This document shows positions 1-6,074 of a stretch of 7,069 nucleotides of DNA, in pieces. The notes beneath the pieces are model-generated. The model did no database searches. It was not told the origin of the DNA and was given only the letters and a program-made list of their open reading frames with translations. The stretch covers positions 1 through 7,069 of the forward strand of contig BAAFSQ010000418.1 of NCBI GenBank assembly GCA_054661495.1, in the 5' to 3' direction. The position numbers and the translations under genes were made by a program. The DNA comes from Zygophlyctis sp. KS116 (lineage: Eukaryota; Fungi; Chytridiomycota). Position 1 is the stretch's first letter. The number at the start of each line of letters is the position of its first letter.

Positions 1-192
1 AGAATATTTTCAACACATCTTTGCGTTTGCAGTATTTACAGAAAATCAGAAGATAAAGTTGAGGATCATTCATAGGACGCTACTTATTCCAATCACCAAT
101 AAAATCCTTTCAATCATTGTTTTATCTTGTTTCACATAACACAGGGCCTTTGAAATGTTTTTTCAAACACCCAAAAAGACAAATGGCCTCCG

Positions 193-897
193 TTGGACAT
201 ATTTTTTTTTGATTTCTCACAGGCCGCAAGAAATGGACGCATTGAATTGGTGAAGTGGATGATACAGAGGTATCCTTCCTTTAACACGTACACAATGTCA
301 ATTGCTGCCGCTATTGATCAAGACCAAAAGATAACTGTTGAAGTAATACTTGAAATGCTTGCAAAAGAAAAGCCTGAAATGCGTATGGATGTGTATACCG
401 AATCTTTATCTTCTTTCAGGAGAAATTATGTTGAAATTATTCTAAAAAAGGCTTCAGAGAGTTTTAAAGATTCACAGAGTTTAAGTCAGTTTGGTGAAAG
501 ATTCATTATTTTGTACTCTCAGAAGAAAATGAACCCAACAGTTAGCACGTTGGATTATTTCTTTCATCAAAAAGCTTGGAATCCTAGAACAGTTAGCAGT
601 ATATTAACAGCAATATCAAAAGCAGCAGACAATGTGATGGAACGTATTGGAATGGAATTACTAAATCCTCGTTTCAAGTTTTGTGAAGCTGCAAACGGTG
701 ATCCAATAGAGAAAGCATTAGAGATGGCCAGCCAAAGGAATCAAGGAAAGTATAGAAGAGTGAAACAAGTTTTAGAAAATATTCAAAGAAAGAAATCGAA
801 TGATTCTGCTGATCAACCAATACCTTTCAAAAAACCCAGACTAAGTGCACCAGTATTTCTTGAAGGATTTGGAGCGGCTTTCCATCCTGTAGACTAA
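193..897 (+). CDS. Paralog 1: N-terminally truncated member of the ankyrin-like repeat family (true start uncertain; possibly a pseudogene or spliced)
   Basis: The ORF starts at TTG. Clear homology to the other copies begins at FSQAARNGRIELVKW and continues through NPTVSTLDYFF, WNPRTV and GFGAAFHPVD*. It has no signal peptide or N-terminal half. Confidence 0.6.
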   Translation: MDIFFFDFSQAARNGRIELVKWMIQRYPSFNTYTMSIAAAIDQDQKITVEVILEMLAKEKPEMRMDVYTESLSSFRRNYVEIILKKASESFKDSQSLSQFGERFIILYSQKKMNPTVSTLDYFFHQKAWNPRTVSSILTAISKAADNVMERIGMELLNPRFKFCEAANGDPIEKALEMASQRNQGKYRRVKQVLENIQRKKSNDSADQPIPFKKPRLSAPVFLEGFGAAFHPVD

Positions 898-939
898 TTA
901 TTGGAACTCTAATTATGGCCGCTTTTAATTTCCATTGGC

Positions 940-945
940 AATAAA
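940..945 (+). promoter_or_regulatory. Putative polyadenylation signal of paralog 1
   Basis: AATAAA starting 43 nt after the stop, similar spacing to copies 2 and 4. Confidence 0.4.
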
Positions 946-1008
946 ACCGTTGACCATGTTTAAATCTCGGATCCGCCCACCACTGAACAATGCATCTGCT
1001 TTGAGTCT

Positions 1009-1030
1009 GTAAGAATTGATCCTGATTTAG
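1009..1030 (+). other. Candidate 22-nt 5'-UTR spliceosomal intron of paralog 2
   Basis: GTAAGAATTGATCCTGATTTAG: GTAAG donor, CTGAT branch-like motif and TAG acceptor. Ends 33 nt before the ATG. Confidence 0.5.
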
Positions 1031-1063
1031 GAAAATTTCAATCTAAAAATTCATTAACAAAAA

Positions 1064-2326
1064 ATGCTAATAATTCCCATTGCATTCATTGCATTCATTG
1101 CATGCATCATTGCAGTTGATATTGACCCAGAGGCAGTAAGATCAGTTGCTCATTCATTACTAAAATTGGGAAGAATGTCTGGAAATCAGCAATTATCATC
1201 TAATCTAGCTAAACATCCCACTTATAAAAGCCTTAAAGAAGTATGGTCTTCTAACAGTATTCCTAATCTAGTAGTCAGTCATAAGATCATGCCTTTCTTG
1301 ACGTTTAGAGAAGCGATCAATGCAAAAGTAATGGATGAACGGGAAATCATTAAATATTATTCTTCAAAGGCCAATAAAGATCCCAAGGTACAGGATCAAA
1401 CCTATCAAGATATAATAGCCTATATACTAAGAGATCTGGGGAATCAGGAAATATCAGATCAAACTAGGATTAATTATCTGAAATTATTCTTGGACAATTC
1501 ACAGATCCGTGAAAAATTGAACCTTAGATACAACGATAGTTACAAGTTATTTCAATATGGGAGATTAGAAATCTTAAAATATTTAATGGATCATCGAAAT
1601 TTTTTCGAAGAATTCAAACACTTCAAATCTCTACCCTTCTTGGTAGCTGCTCGGTATGGTCAAACTGAGACGGTCAAATGGATATTAAAGATTGGACCAG
1701 AATTTTATAAACAGTTTATCTTTGATGCCTTGGAAAAAGATCAAGAACAGAATCTTTTGACTATACTTGATATAGCTGAAACGGAAACTAAAAAAATGCG
1801 AATGAACATCTTTAATTTCGCATTGGCATATTCTTTAATTTTCGAGACCAGAAATTATATTGAAATTGTTTTGGAGAGGGTCTCAGATAGCTTTGAAGAT
1901 TCAACTACATTAAGCCAGTGGGGCGAAAGATTTATTAAGATGTACGCTAGAAAGAGATGGAATCCGACAGTCAGTACTTTGGATTTTTTCTTCTCTCAGA
2001 AAGTGTGGAAGCCTAGAACAGTCCGTAGTTTATTAACAGCAATGTCAAAAGCAGCAGACGATGTGATGGAACGTATTGGAATGGAATTATTAAATCCTCG
2101 ATTTAAGTTTCGTGATACCAAAGGATCTGATCCCCTGCAAAAAGCTATTGAAATAGCCAGCTCAAAGAATCAAGCAACATATGGCAGAGTTCTACATGTT
2201 TTACAAAATATTCAAAGAAGTAATTTGAGATATTCTACAGATCAACGTTTAGTTGCTAAAAAACCTAGGCTGAAAGGACCAGTATATATTAGAGGATTTG
2301 GATCGGCTTTCCATCCTGTGGATTAA
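1064..2326 (+). CDS. Paralog 2: predicted secreted protein (420 aa) with degenerate ankyrin-like repeats and a basic C-terminal tail
   Basis: ATG in A-rich context. Hydrophobic N-terminus MLIIPIAFIAFIACIIA|VD. The Gly residues of FQYGRLEILKYL and AARYGQTETVKWIL are 33 aa apart, the ankyrin period. Ends with KKPRLK...GFGSAFHPVD*. Confidence 0.9.
   Translation: MLIIPIAFIAFIACIIAVDIDPEAVRSVAHSLLKLGRMSGNQQLSSNLAKHPTYKSLKEVWSSNSIPNLVVSHKIMPFLTFREAINAKVMDEREIIKYYSSKANKDPKVQDQTYQDIIAYILRDLGNQEISDQTRINYLKLFLDNSQIREKLNLRYNDSYKLFQYGRLEILKYLMDHRNFFEEFKHFKSLPFLVAARYGQTETVKWILKIGPEFYKQFIFDALEKDQEQNLLTILDIAETETKKMRMNIFNFALAYSLIFETRNYIEIVLERVSDSFEDSTTLSQWGERFIKMYARKRWNPTVSTLDFFFSQKVWKPRTVRSLLTAMSKAADDVMERIGMELLNPRFKFRDTKGSDPLQKAIEIASSKNQATYGRVLHVLQNIQRSNLRYSTDQRLVAKKPRLKGPVYIRGFGSAFHPVD
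1078..1103 (+). repeat. 9-nt tandem repeat (CATTGCATT x ~2.9) in the signal peptide of paralog 2
   Basis: CATTGCATT CATTGCATT CATTGCAT encodes IAFIAFIA. It makes this signal peptide 3 aa longer than in copies 3-5. Confidence 0.85.
1089..1372 (+). repeat. Direct repeat A, copy 1 (5' part of paralog 2)
   Basis: Matches 4475-4758 with 4 mismatches in 284 nt by manual alignment. Perfect over 1202-1372. Confidence 0.95.
1883..2100 (+). repeat. Direct repeat B, copy 1 (3' part of paralog 2)
   Basis: Matches 3643-3860 with 4 mismatches in 218 nt by manual alignment. Confidence 0.95.
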
Positions 2327-2370
2327 TTTAATGATAAATAGATCATAATTTGAGGATCTAAATATAAATC

Positions 2371-2409
2371 ATCAATAAATAGTAATCTACGTTCATACCC
2401 CATTTCCTA
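2371..2409 (+). promoter_or_regulatory. Conserved 3' element containing AATAAA (paralog 2)
   Basis: ATCAATAAATAGTAATCTACGTTCATACCCCATTTCCTA, similar to 5763-5800. AATAAA at 2374-2379. Confidence 0.55.
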
Positions 2410-2559
2410 CAGCTTTGCATTGATAATTACAGGCTGCATTATTGATTGGCGTTTGGAATCCGTTTATAATTCGTCCAATCTCAAATTAAAACATTCAGGA
2501 TCAAAATTTTTAGAGATCTGCATGCAGTTCCTTTGTGCCACAAAACAAAAATTTAAAAA

Positions 2560-4002
2560 ATGATGTTAATTCTATTTGCATTTATAGCATGCATCAATGC
2601 AGGCGAACATGACCAAGGAGCATTTAGATCAGCTGTTCAATCAGCCCAACAATGGAGAAGAATGTCCGGAAATCAGCAAAATGCAGTTGCATGGACTAAT
2701 AAATTAGTTTATTCTCAAACTCCTAAGTACAAAAGCATGCAAAAATTATGGGCTTCCAAGAGTCGTCCTTATAATGTTTTTACTAATGAAATCCTACCAT
2801 ATCTGACATTTAATGAAGCGATCAGTGCAAAAGTAATCGATGAAGATAAACTCACTCATTTTTTTGCTTTTAGGGAATTCATTGATCATAATTTAAAGCA
2901 TACATTATCTCAACATATAATTGGATATATAGTAAGGGATTTGGGGAATCAGCACATTTTAGCAGGGAATAGTGCTGATTATTTTGCCACTTTCTTGAAA
3001 ACGGCAAAATCTTCTGCTAGAGTTAGTCTATCAAATGATCAAATAGATCAGATATATAAATTTGGAAAATTACGAAAAGCTATTGATCCAAGAACACTTA
3101 TTAAATATTTTGCCTCAAAGGCTTATAATGATGCAAAGTTACAGGATCAAATCTATCAAGAGATAATGGACTATATCTTTAGAGATCTGGGAGATCAGGA
3201 AATATCGGACGTTATTCGGATCAATAATTTGGAATTATTCTTGAATAATTTACAGCCTTCAAAGCTTGGTTTAATGCTGCCGATTGCTATAATACGAAAG
3301 ATCTTTCAGTTTGGAAAATTGAATCTTTTGAAATATTTGGTGGAACATCAGAATTCGTTTGAGCAATTCAAAAGTATCACATATCTGCCCTTCTCTCTTG
3401 CTGCTGGAAATGGTCATTTGGAAATGGTAAAGTGGATTTTAAAAGATAGCCCTTCCCTTATTATTTATAAATTCTCAATAATAGGATCTATTATTCAAGA
3501 TCAAAAACAGATTCTAGAAACGATAGTTGAGACGGCCTCAAAGCAAAATCGTAAATTTCATATGGATGTTTTGAATGAAGCATTGGGATATTCCTTCTTT
3601 CATAATCGCGGTGATTATGTTTCCTATATTCTTAAAAAGGTTTCAGATAGCTTTGAAGATTCAACTACATTAAGCCAGTGGGGCGAAAGATTTATTAAGA
3701 TGTACGCTAGAAAGAGATGGAATCCGACAGTCAGCACTTTGGATTTTTTCTTCTCTCAGAAAGTGTGGAAGCCAAGAACAGTCCGTAGTATATTAACAGC
3801 AATGTCAAAAGCAGCAGACAATGTGATGGAACGTATTGGAATGGAATTATTAAATCCTCGTTTCAGTTTTCGTGATTCTCCACGAGGTGATCCACTAGAA
3901 AAAGCTATAGAAATTGCTAGCCAAAATAATGACTATCAAAGTGGAAAGTTGATACAAGTTTTACAAGATATTCAGAGAAAGAGATTTCAATTTTCAGGAT
4001 AA
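2560..4002 (+). CDS. Paralog 3: predicted secreted ankyrin-like protein (480 aa) with an internal duplicated module and no C-terminal tail
   Basis: Signal-like MMLILFAFIACINA|GE, RMSGNQ and LPFSLAAGNGHLEMVKWIL. Two copies of the YI(V/F)RDLG(N/D)Q...FGKL module. Ends QRKRFQFSG*. Confidence 0.9.
   Translation: MMLILFAFIACINAGEHDQGAFRSAVQSAQQWRRMSGNQQNAVAWTNKLVYSQTPKYKSMQKLWASKSRPYNVFTNEILPYLTFNEAISAKVIDEDKLTHFFAFREFIDHNLKHTLSQHIIGYIVRDLGNQHILAGNSADYFATFLKTAKSSARVSLSNDQIDQIYKFGKLRKAIDPRTLIKYFASKAYNDAKLQDQIYQEIMDYIFRDLGDQEISDVIRINNLELFLNNLQPSKLGLMLPIAIIRKIFQFGKLNLLKYLVEHQNSFEQFKSITYLPFSLAAGNGHLEMVKWILKDSPSLIIYKFSIIGSIIQDQKQILETIVETASKQNRKFHMDVLNEALGYSFFHNRGDYVSYILKKVSDSFEDSTTLSQWGERFIKMYARKRWNPTVSTLDFFFSQKVWKPRTVRSILTAMSKAADNVMERIGMELLNPRFSFRDSPRGDPLEKAIEIASQNNDYQSGKLIQVLQDIQRKRFQFSG
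3643..3860 (+). repeat. Direct repeat B, copy 2 (3' part of paralog 3)
   Basis: Matches 1883-2100 at an offset of 1760. The segment 3787-3865 also matches 598-676 of paralog 1 with 2 mismatches in 79 nt. Confidence 0.95.
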
Positions 4003-4006
4003 TAAA
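4001..4006 (+). promoter_or_regulatory. Possible polyadenylation signal overlapping the stop of paralog 3
   Basis: TAATAAA: the stop codon (4000-4002) overlaps AATAAA. AT-richness makes a chance match likely. Confidence 0.25.
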
Positions 4007-4394
4007 ATTAAGCAAGTACTTGCAAATGGATGCAAAATCAGTTGAATCTCATAGGAAATTGAATTGCATTTTAGAAAATTAAGAATCTCATAAATACTAT
4101 TTAAGTTATCTAGATTCTTTTATCATATTTTTTCCATTTTTCAAATATCCGATTATCTATTTTGTAGTTAATATTCCCCCGGACAATATCTAGATGTATT
4201 TTTTGGAATCCCTGAGCAGTCCCAATATAAAGGCAGCAATAAAAGTTCATTTTTTATAGAATTTTACAATCACGCCATGTAATATCGTTCGGACAACTCA
4301 TTACCTTTGGACAAGTAATATTTTGAATCCCAGTAGGATGTAAATGTCTATCAATGGATCAATCAAAAATAAAAAATGGAAATCAAACTGTTCG

Positions 4395-4421
4395 GTAAGC
4401 TCCCTGTTCTCAATTTTGCAG
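4395..4421 (+). other. Candidate 27-nt 5'-UTR spliceosomal intron of paralog 4
   Basis: GTAAGCTCCCTGTTCTCAATTTTGCAG: GTAAG donor and TTTTGCAG acceptor. Ends 37 nt before the ATG. Confidence 0.6.
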
Positions 4422-4458
4422 GAACAAATTTGACAACAAAAAATTCAGTATTATAGAG

Positions 4459-5715
4459 ATGATCATATTTCTATTTGCATTCATTGCATGCATCAATGCA
4501 GTTGATATTGACCCAGAGACAGTAAGATCAGTTGCTCATTCATTACTAAAATTGGGAAGAATGTCTGGAAATCAGCAATTATCAGCCAATCTAGCTAAAC
4601 ATCCCACTTATAAAAGCCTTAAAGAAGTATGGTCTTCTAACAGTATTCCTAATCTAGTAGTCAGTCATAAGATCATGCCTTTCTTGACGTTTAGAGAAGC
4701 GATCAATGCAAAAGTAATGGATGAACGGGAAATCATTAAATATTATTCTTCAAAGGCCTATAAAGATTCAAAGTTACAGAAAGAAACTTATCAAGATATT
4801 GCAAACTATATTGTGCGAGATCTGGAGAATAACAAAATATCAGAGCAAAATAGGATCAATAATTTTGAATTATTCTTTCACAACGCTAATATTGTAGAAG
4901 ACGTCGCAATTGTCTACAATAATGTAAAAATGATTTTTGAATATGGGAAATTAGATCTGTTAAAATATTCGGTAGGAAATAAGAATCTTTTTCAATTCCG
5001 AGATTTCAAATATCTACCATTAATGCTAGCTGCTAGAAATGGTCACACAGAAATGGTCAAATGGCTGTTGAAGCAGAATCCTACTTTTGATAATTATAAA
5101 AGTTTACTTTTGGCATCTGTTTACAATGATAAAAAACGAACTTTTGAAGCTATCCTTGAAACAGGGGAAAGTTTTTATAAAAGGAATAATCTGGACATTT
5201 TAAATTTAGCTCTGGCATCTTCTTTCTTTTATAATCTTCAAGAATACGTAGACTTCGTCTTATTTTTTGTTTCAAAAAAATTCAAAGACAAAAATAGTTT
5301 AAGTCGGTTTGGTGAATCTTTTTTAAAGATGTATTCTAAGCCAAATTGGCATCCGACAGTTGAAAATTTAGATAAATTCTTTAAACAAGAAGCCTGGAAT
5401 CCTAGAACCATAAGCAGTATATTAACTGCAATGTCAAAGGCACCGGATGACGTTGTTGAACGTATTGGAAAGGAATTACTGAATCATCGGCTAAAGTTTC
5501 GTGATTCTAAAGGATCTGATCCGCTAAAAACAGCTATAGATATGACCACCTCAAAGAATCAAGCAAAATATGGAAGAGTTAAACAAGTTTTAGAAAATAT
5601 TCAGAAAAAGAGATCTGTAGATGTAAGAGAACAAGCTCCATTGGCTAAAAGACCCAGACTTCAAGAACTAATATATCTTGATGGATTTGGATTGGGCTTC
5701 CATCCAGTGGATTAA
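4459..5715 (+). CDS. Paralog 4: predicted secreted ankyrin-like protein (418 aa) with a bipartite NLS-like tail
   Basis: Signal-like MIIFLFAFIACINA|VD, LPLMLAARNGHTEMVKWLL, KKR-x11-KRPRL and GFGLGFHPVD*. Confidence 0.9.
   Translation: MIIFLFAFIACINAVDIDPETVRSVAHSLLKLGRMSGNQQLSANLAKHPTYKSLKEVWSSNSIPNLVVSHKIMPFLTFREAINAKVMDEREIIKYYSSKAYKDSKLQKETYQDIANYIVRDLENNKISEQNRINNFELFFHNANIVEDVAIVYNNVKMIFEYGKLDLLKYSVGNKNLFQFRDFKYLPLMLAARNGHTEMVKWLLKQNPTFDNYKSLLLASVYNDKKRTFEAILETGESFYKRNNLDILNLALASSFFYNLQEYVDFVLFFVSKKFKDKNSLSRFGESFLKMYSKPNWHPTVENLDKFFKQEAWNPRTISSILTAMSKAPDDVVERIGKELLNHRLKFRDSKGSDPLKTAIDMTTSKNQAKYGRVKQVLENIQKKRSVDVREQAPLAKRPRLQELIYLDGFGLGFHPVD
4475..4758 (+). repeat. Direct repeat A, copy 2 (5' part of paralog 4)
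   Basis: Matches 1089-1372 at an offset of 3386. Confidence 0.95.
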
Positions 5716-5762
5716 TGAATTAAACATTCAGTGGATGAAAATAATATTTTATGGAGATCATT

Positions 5763-5800
5763 ATCAATAAATACTAATCTGCGTTCATGCACATTTCCTA
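5763..5800 (+). promoter_or_regulatory. Conserved 3' element containing AATAAA (paralog 4)
   Basis: ATCAATAAATACTAATCTGCGTTCATGCACATTTCCTA, similar to 2371-2409. AATAAA at 5766-5771. Confidence 0.55.
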
Positions 5801-6020
5801 GATAATTCTTTAGAGAATATTATGAATACAATTTTAGACACGTAATTTACTTTCAGATTTAAACAATCATTTCATAGCACCACGACTGTTGCGGACCATA
5901 CCTTTATTGTCGGACAAACAATGGTAAAATAAGTCAAATGGTAGTCCCGAAGATGCAGATAATTGAAACAATACGAATAATAACAATGATGTGAAATTCA
6001 GAAAGATTATTCACAATTAA

Positions 6021-6047
6021 GTAAAGTCCCTGATCTCAATTTTGCAG
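6021..6047 (+). other. Candidate 27-nt 5'-UTR spliceosomal intron of paralog 5
   Basis: GTAAAGTCCCTGATCTCAATTTTGCAG, with the same length and ends as 4395-4421. Ends 27 nt before the ATG. Confidence 0.6.
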
Positions 6048-6074
6048 GTTCAAATTTGACAAGAATTATTAGAG

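Noticed and set aside
193-195. TTG start assigned by the ORF track
   Set aside because: The other copies use ATG and the context looks eukaryotic, so this is probably only the ORF finder's first permitted codon.
1-200. Short minus-strand ORFs (MSNGGHLS..., MIERILLVIGISSVL*, MNDPQLYL...)
   Set aside because: They are very short or run off the window, with no recognisable homology.
1064-1114. FIAC as a bacterial lipobox (tandem lipoprotein family)
   Set aside because: There is no basic n-region and the h-region is too short in copies 3-5. I see no consistent Shine-Dalgarno sequence or intrinsic terminators, and eukaryote-like splice and poly(A) signals are present.
2505-2530. TTTTAGAGATCTGCATGCAGTT as a decayed older start (cf. 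TTAGAGATG in copy 5)
   Set aside because: The match is too short in AT-rich DNA to support.
3958-3997. GT..TTTTCAG as an intron near the end of paralog 3
   Set aside because: It would remove the conserved coding segment VLQDIQRK, and the donor is weak.
4012-4023. 12-bp palindrome GCAAGTACTTGC after paralog 3
   Set aside because: A single occurrence with no loop or U-tract, not shared by other copies, and plausibly chance.
1089-4758. Long direct repeats as LTRs, CRISPR repeats or a diversity-generating retroelement TR/VR pair
   Set aside because: The repeats lie in frame at homologous positions inside paralogous CDSs. There is no spacer periodicity and no reverse transcriptase or transposase, and the mismatches are not adenine-specific.
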